Shown here: positions 53,085-64,000 of the stretch, in pieces | How the letters are laid out: each line of letters opens with the position of its first letter | How positions within the stretch are numbered: the stretch's first letter is position 1 | Origin: Chrysomallon squamiferum | Lineage: Eukaryota > Animalia > Mollusca | Assembly (NCBI GenBank): GCA_012295275.1 | Contig: CM022665.1 | Location: 8,308,001-8,372,000, forward strand | Direction: 5' to 3' | DNA: 64,000 nucleotides | Position numbers and translations under genes: made by a program | The notes under the pieces: generated by a model | What the model was told of the DNA's origin: nothing | Databases searched by the model: none | Seen by the model: the letters and a program-made list of their open reading frames with translations, nothing else

Positions 53085-56000
53085 TTATTTTGGCCACCAA
53101 TGTGGAACATGAGCGGTTAGTTTGAGTTTATTTCCTTCCGAATTGTACATACACAGTTCACCAGTGATCTCGGCAATTCGTAACAATCCAATACCATGTA
53201 TACCAACTGCATTGCGAAACTTGCCAACATTTTTGCCATCTTCTCTTGAAATGTTACTGCTTGTTTGTAGTCCACTTGGAACCCTGAGAACACGTTACAA
53301 ATGAAAACTGTTTAAATAATAATAAAAAAAAATGTTTCTTCATATGATACAATTTAGAAAGTAGTGCCTCATTAAAAAATAATCCTTCTTTACTGTTCTG
53401 TGGAACTTTTACAATTGTCTCCAGAATGTCTAAGATTTCTTTCTGCTTTAAATTATTAGCAACAATGACATTTTAAAAGATGGTTAAAAGAATGTGTAAT
53501 TATTTGGAGTTAATTTGAATAGCATTCATTGTAATACTTTATAAATCAGATAACAATTTCCATTATTTTAGTTCTAAACGGCACTCAGTGGCTTACTTTT
53601 GAAAGACAATGGGCATAAGTCTCTTCCTTGTCATACCAGTGTGCTGTGTTCTGGCAGTTAATTCTTGTCCTATATAGCAGCCTTTGCTGAAACTTACTGA
53701 CAGCAAAACAAAACCAACACAGAATTAAAATTATTCTTCACAAGGTACCTACATGTGTCTGTCACATATAGGTGTCTGAAATAGCTTTTGTTGTACAGTT
53801 ACTTATATCAAAAAGTAAATAATTCAAAAACAATATTAACTTTTGTAGGGAAGGTAAAAATAATCATTTTAATAACACTCTAAGCAGTAATGCTTTTTCA
53901 TCCAGAATGATGAATTACAAATTCATTTCAGCAAGAAATTCTATATAAAGCAAAACCAAAACTGACAAATTCTAATAAAATATTTTTGACACTTGCCTCC
54001 ATTGAACAATGCTAGATTGCTCTCCAGTGGAAAACATTCACCTGGTGGTAAATCAGTTGTACCTTCACTAATACCCCAGATGTATCGTCTTTCATGATAT
54101 ACAGAAAGATCTTTTTCTTCTAGTTTTTCATCACAAACTAAAATATATATAGATTTCATAATTAAAATTACATTCCAAACAATACTTGTATATTTAAAAA
54201 CAAGTTTGTAGGTTTCATGTAATTAACAGAAAACATGTCTACACATTTTTTTTGTCAGTGTTAATGGTGTAGATACAGATAAGTAACATCAAACCAAAAA
54301 TTACTAAATAATTTCATTTCACCTTTAGTACCAGATGAATGTATTAATCTCCAACCAAAATCTTTCACTCTTGGATCTTTTACACAAAATACTTCTTTAT
54401 TCCATGTTGGTGACCCAATTTTTCCTGACATTGAAGATGTTACTACAGCCTGCACTGTCATCTCTTCTGCCTTGCTTATCTGCACCTGCAAGGGGTTAGG
54501 AAAATAAAAAAAAAAAAAGACATTAAAACTAAAAATTTAGTTTAGCAGAAAGGTTATAACATAGAGCATTGTTTAAAATACTGTGTTTCTGCACATTTGC
54601 CATTTGTAATTTAAGATGACTGTAAATCTATTTCCATTTCAAAAACTGCACTAGAAAAATAAAGTTATCTGAACAGATGCTAATATTAGATGATTGTTTT
54701 GTATATTGTATCTGTTTTCTCATCCCAAACATAAAATTATTTTCAGTGTTAAAAAGAAAAGAAAGAAAGAATGAAAGATACCTAGATATACAGTTATATT
54801 TCCATTTATGTAAAACCTGAAGATCACCTTAGGAAGGGGATTTGTGTTACTGGACTTGTAAATTCACAAAATTATTATCATCCAAAAGATTATAAATGAA
54901 CTAATAATGCATGAGATTTCCAAAAATCTCAGTTTCATTTAAAAAAATGTTTTACATAATTCAGCCATACTTTTGTAGCTGTTAAGTCCAATTTATTTTT
55001 TGCAAAATTTGTCATACATAATCACAAATCAAGGAACACTAATGTAAAATGACTAAAATTTGAGTAGAAAAATCAATCAGAATAAAATTAAAGAGTTCAT
55101 ACAGTTAAAAAAACAAATGCCTTAATAATAAAAAATATCATCTTACAAAAATCTTCAAGCGATATATTTCTATTAAGCAAATAAATTCACTAAACACATT
55201 AAATTGCAGTCACAGGATTATCAGTTTTGTCACAGCTGATTTTCAGATATGGGTGGGTTATTCTAAGCTACAGTTTGGTACTGTTAACTCAGATTTGGTA
55301 GTGTTGGTGCTTATCAACTTTTGTTTACACACAAAATATATGCATTTCAATATTTTTACTTTTCTAATATAAAAATTGATTTTTTTAATATTTGTTCTTA
55401 CCTTTTTCCTTATTTTATACTTTTTGATAGTATTAATAAAATCATCTGTAACTTTGGCATCACATTCAATGAAGATTTTTGAATTCATGAAATACAAAAT
55501 GAGATCATAAAGCACCCGTCCCTGTAGGGATAAAAATAATTACATAATTCCAGTTCATATTTTAAACTCTAAAAAAAATCAGTTACTTAAACTGAAACTG
55601 AAATGCAGTCCATGTATATTTATCAGTAAATCATTAGCATATATGAATTTAAAAAATAAATAAATGCATAAAAATCTTTAATTCAACAGAATAATTTATT
55701 AATTATCAAGGAAGAATGTTACAATTTCTTAACTACCTAAGAAAAAGTACAAGATAATCATAAAGACCTTTTTAGAACTCACTAAACCCCAATAATATAC
55801 ATTTAAATATTTAACTAGAGAACTGTATAGTCATTTTAATATTCAAACATAAGTACTGAAACAGAACAAACAATATATACCTGAGCATTCAACATCATTG
55901 AATACTGAGCAGGAGTGTGAGTTCCCAGTAAAGTCACATCACTTGTCAAAAGACCTTGCAGAAAGTTTATGCTGTCTGGTCCTTCCAGACAAACCAAATT

Positions 56001-56315
56001 CCGATGTGTAATGTTATGTAGTGTCAGGTCTTCAGTATATGTACTATTACCAGCATCTTCTTTTCCATCGGTCAGAGGGTCTTGATGAAATGTTCTGACA
56101 ACTGGATGTGGATTTGCAGAAATTCCGGTGCTGTCATCTTTCTGATTTTGTTGAAATTTCTCTTGTTTAGTCCAGTCAATACAATATGATTTTGTTAATC
56201 TGGAACATTCAAGTTTTGTAATCAGTGGTTCCTGAAATCTTAGAGTATGTTTCAGATGACTGAGCAGCTTTCTCTGAATGGAGCTGCATATGATCTTCAT
56301 CTGAACTGATAACAT
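53085..56315 (-). CDS. IBA57: IBA57 / CAF17 (YgfZ family) mitochondrial Fe-S cluster assembly factor, ~385 aa
   Basis: Exons 56315-55881, 55521-55402, 54485-54323, 54137-53997, 53696-53597, 53283-53085 (1158 nt). Motifs [54 protein letters not shown]-terminal PHWWP. Start codon taken as the first in-frame ATG. Probable 5'UTR exon ends at the donor near 57057. Confidence 0.94.
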
Positions 56316-57834
56316 AACTGTTGTGTCATTCAGAATCACACATCTGTAGTCAGGAGGTTAATCTCATGTCATTTTTTATATCAAAGTATTTACAAAACAT
56401 TTTCAGTCCTGAAAAATTATATTAATTATTATTAATCTCATTTTATATTTTCACTGATTCTGTTTTGTTCCACTTAATAGAATCTTAAAATCGTAATTAA
56501 AGTATATCAGTGCTAATTATCCAGTACTTTAGTAGTTTCCTGTACATTACTAAGTAACTTAAAGTGATCATTATGATCCATCTGCAGCAGTTATTGGTTG
56601 ATAATGATTGGACAGACATGAACTCATCACACACATAAACAGCATTATAAATTCTAACAAATTTATTTTATTTTATTTTATTTTTAATTTTATATAATCT
56701 ATGTATATTTAAATTATTTTTCATCTTATTATTTTCTATATGGTATAATGACTATTTATTCATATTTGAAACGGTCAGTGTTTACTTCATCTACAAGCAG
56801 TATCAAAGTTCTATAAATGTTTTAAGTTAATATGACATCACCGATCGTACTTAAATACAGTATGCAAAACCAGCAATTGCAAGATTACCAGTTTTTGAAG
56901 TTACCAAAAATCGTTTTTGTTTGAAGTTATAATCAATGATTATAACTGTATAATACTTTTATAGTCATAATAGTGTGTATATTGTATAAATTTTATCTTA
57001 TATATAAAATAAAATGTGTAATAAATATCGTAAAATGTTCTAACTTAATTTCATTACCTGTGCTAAAAACAATGTCAGAGAGACACGAACAAAAACTGAC
57101 AAGTATTTGAACTATCCGGTAATTTTTGTTTCGACAATACAGGACATAAGCGTCCCGAACTCGGCTTTCGTCGGTATTGGCTGTTCCTTCAACAAGATGT
57201 GCACCAACAACTACGAACAAATACCGCAGATATTTGTGTAACGATGAATGAAAACGAAAGAATAATAATTTGTAGCAAGCCAGAGCCGGATTAACCTAGT
57301 ATGCTACGGGCTCGCACCAAATCCATGCATCTGGTGAAATAGGCATCCACGATATAAGGCAACAGTGTTGTTCACATTTCGCGTAAAACTGCTAACTCGT
57401 GACAACAAATAAATGAAATAAAATAAAATAAAAAGATCCCAAAATTAAATTTATTTCTCTATCACTGGAAAGAGAATGAGAAAAACAATTATATGATTAC
57501 ACTTGAAAAATAACAAAGTAATGTATGTTCCGACAATTCCTGTAACTTTGGCCTCTTATTTCAAATTTTACCGAAGAAGAAGGAAAATAAATTATAATAA
57601 TAAAAAATTCCCTTAAAAAACAAGATAATTGATTTATATTTTCTGGATATCAGGTTATGAGTACTCGGTTAACAGCGAAAAGTACGATATTGTCATGTAT
57701 GTAGCGCGCGTTCTTGTGTGTACATATATGTGATCTCACACAAAAACTTGAAAAAAATCAATTTCGATTATATCTATAATTACTCATAATGATTCTACAA
57801 ATTATAGTAGAATCTTATAAATGTAGGATCTTAA

Positions 57835-60283
57835 GGGTGTAGGAAAAATGACACTGAAAAAAAAATGGTACCGGAAAAAATTAAAAGGCAACTGGAAAAT
57901 AAAATGGCACTGTGCAATCTGGAAAAAAATGGAACTATTTATTTTTGTATAGTTGATTAAAAATCAACAACTTAAAAGTACTTTTGAAAATATAATTTAT
58001 TCATGCAGTATTGCTACATACACGTATATTAATATATAGCATCGCTGAACCACTTGGTTTTGCTTAACAAAGTACATTATTATATCAGAGTTTAATATCA
58101 CAATTATCACATTATTATCACATTTAAAAATATAATACACACAGCTTCACTCAACCACTTCGTTTTGGTTAGCATGAGATTTTCAGCGGACGTTGTAACC
58201 AGTTCCTTGAAGGAACTCTTCAACATTCTTGCTCCCATCTCGTTTGTCCACACATAACTGGTGAAGATGACACTATAGCTTGGTGTACACATGTATGACA
58301 TGCTTGCGAGGAGGCTCACCACAAGCAGCGTTGAGGAGAGTTGTACCGACGTGGGCAGCATCTGCATGAAGCCAGTGAATCAGTTTCCACGCAGAAGGAT
58401 GAGAAACACCACACAAATGTTCAATTCTGTGATTCCATGCCTCACAGAGACTGTTGGTATCACGAGTGACCTGCTGAACATTCCATATCTGTGGTGGGAA
58501 GAGCGGAGGAATGTGGCGGAGCATGATAACGTCCTGTCCTTCGCCACCTGCAGCGTGGCGTTGAATCCGTCTGTAAATACCAACAGTAGTTGGTGTCGAA
58601 GTAGTGAAGAAGAGGTTCCATTTGTTCTGGTGTATTGTTGCGAAGGAACTGAAGGCCTGCAGGCAGAACATCCATAGGAAGTAAAGCAAATTAATTCATC
58701 ATAAAACAGAACAGTTTAACGTCCTCAGAGTCCTTTGTACCGCTGAGCAAGATCCAAGTTTTGCACCTTCCGCCATGTAGACTGGGTAAGATGGTAAAAA
58801 CACCCTTGGACTGTTACATGGTCCCCTAGCACAGAAGTCACAGCACGCACCATGGCCATCTCAAAGTCTATGACTACAGTGGTAGGATCAGGGTCTTGGT
58901 GGAGTTCAGAACACTTGTCGACAATAGCATGTAGCAGATTATCATAGGTATCTTGCGACATCCTTTGGAGTACAGCATACAGCGTTGTCACAGCAAGGAA
59001 GGAAGGGAGGAACAACAGCATGGTTTCCATCCATGAACCAGTCTCGGCAGTTGATAGGTGTTGCAGGGCGTCACTGGCACCAAATATGATGACCATTGAG
59101 TCGGTGTCTGGACCTGTTGTTGTTGACGAGGAACTGTTGAGAAATAGGTTCCGTTGTCTGCGCCAACTCTCCCTCGATGACGAGATTTAGAAGAAAGACT
59201 CAGTTTGAGGAGGGATGCGGGCAAGTCGTTAGTTACGTAGGGTACGTTTTACTGACTCGTCCCTGCCAAGTTCAACCATTGCAGTGACATTAATTTGACT
59301 CATGGTTTGAGTTATTATCTGGCTTGGCTTGCTGCTTCATCTGAGAACGGCATTTGACAGCTATTTTTGTATCAGATGGTTCATGGTTATCAGCTGTAGC
59401 TAATTTTGGATCATCTTTAACCAAGGTTGTGATCAGGGCTGCCTTGCGACCAGTAGTACGTTGTACACATTGTCACCTTATGTTACGAGGCTTAGTTATC
59501 TGTTTAGTGTGTATGAAACCATTGATCATTAACTTAGGACCATTTTGTTGCTAGTTATGACTTCCATCATTAACAGAGTCAAACTTCCTAATGAAATCTA
59601 ATGATATTTACATTGGTATTTATAAGAAATACGTCTGCTTGTAATAGAACTGCTCAGTTTTTCAAAGATGTGGGAAGCCACTCCTTCAGAGATGCAATTA
59701 TGAACTGTTTTTGTAAGCAGCACTTAACTAATTATCTTACTGTGATATACTCAACTGAAAAACCAAGCATAAAGTAAAGATACATAAACACCATTAATGT
59801 GTCTGAGATTCCTTTCTCTGTTTAGACTTAAAGCACGGGCAATTCCTCCAAGATACTTTGGACATTAATATATCGTAAATACTGTCACTGGGGCTATATT
59901 AAGGTACCCAGGACAATAATGGTCTGCCGGTATTTTTCAGGCGTGTGAGATGTTATCAGTGTGACTGGGTAAAAGAGTTCAAGAGCGAAGAGAAAATATC
60001 TTACAAAGGAGAAAGACGTTTGGGTAAATACTCTGAAATGTAGTTAGAATATTATCATCTATAACATTTGTCCTATATTTGTCTATCATGTTGTACAATG
60101 ATACAGAGATATTAAAGATATAATCGAGATCGAACTTGTGCAGTTTTTGTGTGAGGGTGCAGTTATGAATTGTTTTTGTAAGCAGAACCACTTACTACCA
60201 ATAACTAAACGTCAATAAGCAATAACTTGTTTTTCCATTGCCATTTTTACCAAATTTGCACAGTGCCATTTTCCCCGTACCAC
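57835..60283 (-). mobile_element. Degenerate Mutator-like (MULE) transposon with FLYWCH domain
   Basis: Frameshifted minus-strand pieces: MMEVITSNK/GPKLMINGFIHTKQ..R*QCVQR (FLYWCH-like, from 59570), DPTTVVIDFEMAMVRAV...QGCFYHLTQSTWRKVQ (MULE DDE core) and PPQIWNV...TNSLCEAWNH. Ends carry inverted, internally repetitive GGAAAAATGGCACTG motifs (57835-57935 and 60230-60283). Boundaries approximate. Confidence 0.85.
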
Positions 60284-60556
60284 AATAATAATAATGCACA
60301 GAAATGGCTACAAATGTCTTTCTCTCTTTTCTCTTGAACTATCTTTCACCCTAGTCATACTGATAACATCCTACATCCTTGACCGATACTTGCAGACTAT
60401 TACTGCCCTGAGTTTGTTAAGAAAGTCCCAGTGGTAGTGTTCGTAATACATTAATGTCCAAAGTACTTTAAGTCTAAACATAGAGAAATAAACCTCAGCC
60501 ACCTTAATGGTGTTTATGTATCTTTAGTGAAACCAAAGATTATGCTGGGTGTTTTA

Positions 60557-60557
60557 G

Positions 60558-60620
<63 letters not shown>
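60557..60620. repeat. Compound (CT)n(CA)n microsatellite
   Basis: Directly visible. Confidence 0.92.
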
Positions 60621-60622
<2 letters not shown>

Positions 60623-61109
60623 ATAAAAGTTACATCTTTAGTGTTTCACTAAAATACCATTTTGAAAACAGCTTTCCTTTTAAAAATAATAAATAAATAA
60701 TCGTTATTTAAAAACTGTTTTGTTTAGATGTATAATTTTTGTAGGTAACAAACTGACAACCAAATCAAAACACGTGAATCTACTTTATGATTTATCAGCT
60801 TTATCCTGCTCAGGTCGAATGCAAGCCAGCAGAGCCTCGCTGCATTCGGCATTCTAACCTTTACAGTGTAAAGCAATGCCGTAACCATTAATTCCACAGT
60901 TGTTTAAGGAAATCCAATAGAAGTGAAAGATGAGGGTTTAGGGCGCTAATATCTAAGTTTGCCGATTTACCTGTCCTCTTGTTGGCCGAGACCCAAGATC
61001 ACATTTGTCTGCCTCACTTATCATATTGATTACTGAAACGTCGATGTTATCGAAACAACTTTTTATACTCATGCGCAGTTGAATTGTTTGGGTTTGTATA
61101 AACTTGAAA

Positions 61110-63750
61110 ATGTCGGCCGACGAAGACAACGAATTAAGGGACTTAGTTGCACAAACATTAGAAACAAATGGTACTTTGGGCAAAATTCGGGTGAGATAAT
61201 TTAATGATAAATGTTGCCCTTTTATCAAATTAATGTTATTGTGTTATCGATTTTCGAACTGGTAATTACGGTTGACAAACATTTGCAAGTAAAATTAATA
61301 GAAATAGACGGTCGCTAGTTGTTATGATACGCTTTTTTTCTCCTTTTTCTGTGTACTTCGAAACCGTTTAATAGAATATCAGTCTAGTACAAATTAGGCT
61401 ATGTTTGAACATGAATTTGACACTTAGCGGCATAATGTAATAAAAAGAAGATGAATCTTGAATGACTCCAAGCTTGTATTATGTAGCGAATGAAATGTGT
61501 GTCTTAATAAACGTTATATAATATTAACATATAGATTGTCTAATTGGAATAAATAAAACAATTTCTTCTCGTATCAACGAAATCTGGTGTTTCATATAAT
61601 TACTAGTAGTAACTAGATAGCAGATTAATTTGACATTCATTAAAATAAATCACATTAAAAAAAAAGAATAAACTAACAGATAGCTGAATAACTAGTATTT
61701 TTACTATTTTAGGCCATTTTAATAAGTATTATGTTTAAACTGCAAAAATAACCAAACAAACCTATATTTGTTTAAAATGTTTTACTCCCTGAAATATTAT
61801 TATGGTTGCCATGGTAACTCGGTAGCAGATAAATATTTAAAGATAAAAAATAACATCCCCAGTTTTCTTCTTTTTTTCTTAAAAAAACAAACAAACAAAA
61901 CCCCCAAAAACTGAAAAAATAAAATATTATTAGCAAATAAAATAGAACAAAACATGTTTACAAATAATAAAAGTGAACCACTGGGGCTCTGTAATCAGCA
62001 TTATAGAGGTAATGTGATTAAATATTCATACCACATATGATTGATGTTTACTGGGGATGGTGTCAAGTTTCTTGGAAATCTAATTCCTAGGCAGTGTTCC
62101 CAAAAGGTCAGATCTTTGTGAACTTGATTACTAGAAAGTGTACATTTTCTAACCTACTTAATATCATGTGTATGAAGTTAAATTGTCAGCAGATAAAAAA
62201 TAGTTTTGAAAGTAAGTTAAAATTTTGCACATTGCATTCACTATAAAATTTTAAAAGATCATATCCAGAGTGATTACTGTTTTTGTTAAAAAGTTAGCTT
62301 GAAACTGTTATTGTATTAAATCCTTGGCAGATTATAATGATTAATAACTTGTTCAACAAATTTTAATATATTGGTAAAATGCGTTGTTTATGGGTTTTTG
62401 TGTGGTTGATTTTTTTTATTGATTTTTTATTTTTTTTAATAAAAAAAATAAGTATTATTATAAAATTTTGTAGGCACAGTTACGAGCAAGTGTATTTCTT
62501 GCACTTGAAGAACAAGAATCTGTACAGGTGAGATAAGCCTAAAATTACATTTCTGGACTAGAAATACTGAATTTCCATATATAAATAAATTATAAATTCT
62601 GTACTCACTGTTAGTTAAATATACCATTAAATTCAGCCTTAATATAAAAGTGTGTTTTGATGTTATAGTAAGGCCAAATTTAATTCTATAGTGATTATAT
62701 TGAGACTAAAATAAATATTTTGAAATAATACTGCAAACACTTGTAAGTTAATAAAAAGAGGTGTTCAGTTCACCTAAAACCTATATGTATATATGTATAT
62801 ATGCATGCATGCATGCATGTATGTATGTATGTACACAGATTTGAATTTTTTTTTATATAAATGTTTTTTTCTTCTGGAAAACAAACTAAAATTAAGAACT
62901 TTTTAGCATAAGATGATAAGAGTTGTGTGTAAATGTTAATATATAGGACAAGAAACAGAAATAATAAAAAACCCAAAGAATTAGTGTCAACTTTTTTTAG
63001 CATTACAAATTATGTTTGTTTTCCTTTTTTCCATCTCATTTCTAGTCATTTCATCTAAGGTTAAAAATTAAAATAGCAATGTTTTAACTAAATTTATAAG
63101 ACTTCTTATAAAAAATAAATGTAACAGATATATTAATAATAAACTGGAATATTGTGTTGCTAAATACAGTCCCAGTTAATAACATTTCTAAAATCTCGAA
63201 ATCTAATTTTCGTTTCTGATTTTGTACAATATTTCTTTTAAAATAAATATCTTGAGTATGCTTTTTATATGAATTCATTAAAATGTGATAGTTTTTTTAA
63301 ACTTAATATAAATATAAAAGATATGATTAACCATATGTGATTGTTTATTCAACTGACAGAATAAAACGCCATTTTTGAATAAGAATTTGAAAGAATTCCT
63401 CAGCACAAAAGAAGGTGAGTAATTATTTACATTAAAATTTTAAAATAATATAAAAAATAAAAACTGCTTTTGTAAAAGTTTTGAATTAATTTATTTCATG
63501 CTTAATTGTTTAATTTTGAAAATTTTAATATACATGTAATAATCTGTATTGTATTATTCTGATTGTATCACAAGTTCTGATTGTTTAAGTTTACAGATTT
63601 ATCATTTGGAATAGTAAAATATATGTCAACATTATTAAAAGTAATTTATTGTGTTACACAGGAAAAGTAGTAGCAAGTCTGGTGAGAGATTTTCTGGAAT
63701 ATTTTGAACTGGAATTCACTCTAGCTGTGTTTGATCCTGAAACTGGCTTG
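61110..63750 (+). CDS. CEP43: Centrosomal protein 43 (FGFR1 oncogene partner, FOP), 5' part; continues beyond the right edge
   Basis: Exons 61110-61190, 62474-62527, 63360-63414, 63662-63750 give MSADEDNELRDLVAQTLETNGTLGKIR-AQLRASVFLALEEQESVQ-NKTPFLNKNLKEFLSTKE-GKVVASLVRDFLEYFELEFTLAVFDPETGL, the FOP N-terminal dimerisation/LisH region. Confidence 0.94.
61805..61818. promoter_or_regulatory. RFX X-box in CEP43 intron 1
   Basis: GTTGCCATGGTAAC matches GTNRCC(N0-3)RGYAAC and is one mismatch from a perfect palindrome. Confidence 0.6.
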
Positions 63751-64000
63751 GTAAGTCCTTATTACTGAATGTAATATTGGTATGCATGGCAGTTTTAATT
63801 AATTTTTCATTAGAAAATATTCTTTAATAAAGAGAAAAATTGTGGAATATTTAATACAGAATTCTTAAAACAATTTGCTGGACATTTGTTGTTTAAAAGT
63901 AGCTTTTTATTATCTACTGTTAAAATGAAACTGGTATTGTTTATCTAACAATTTGTATACTTTCAAATTATTTTTTGTTACTGTTGATCAAACTGAGCTA

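Noticed and set aside
55836-56339. ORF-track start (GTG at 56339) and stop (55836) for the IBA57 first coding exon
   Set aside because: A eukaryotic start is more plausibly the ATG at 56315, and the exon splices at 55881 before that stop.

Overview
AT-rich, intron-containing animal genomic DNA, most likely a lophotrochozoan such as a mollusc (inferred from IAP architecture, repeat types and composition; not provable here). The ORF track is mostly noise, so I rebuilt genes by hand from splice sites and reading frame. There are seven protein-coding genes: ARID2 (-, exons 1-3 only), UPRT (+, 7 exons), an SH3BGR-family gene with a ~570-aa Glu/Lys/Arg repeat tail (-), EXOC5/Sec10 (-, 19 exons), a 3xBIR-UBA-RING IAP (+, 8 coding exons), IBA57 (-, with one GC-AG intron) and CEP43/FGFR1OP (+, exons 1-4 only). 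Transposon relics include a hAT-like element with a 5-bp TSD, two Tigger/pogo fragments, a LINE RNase H fragment and a FLYWCH-MULE element. The most unusual features are the modular SH3BGR tail with candidate alternative exons, a clustered CRE/ISRE/kB-like region plus a duplicated uORF-bearing leader upstream of the IAP, and an RFX X-box in CEP43. Family assignments rest on remembered motifs; no database search was run.
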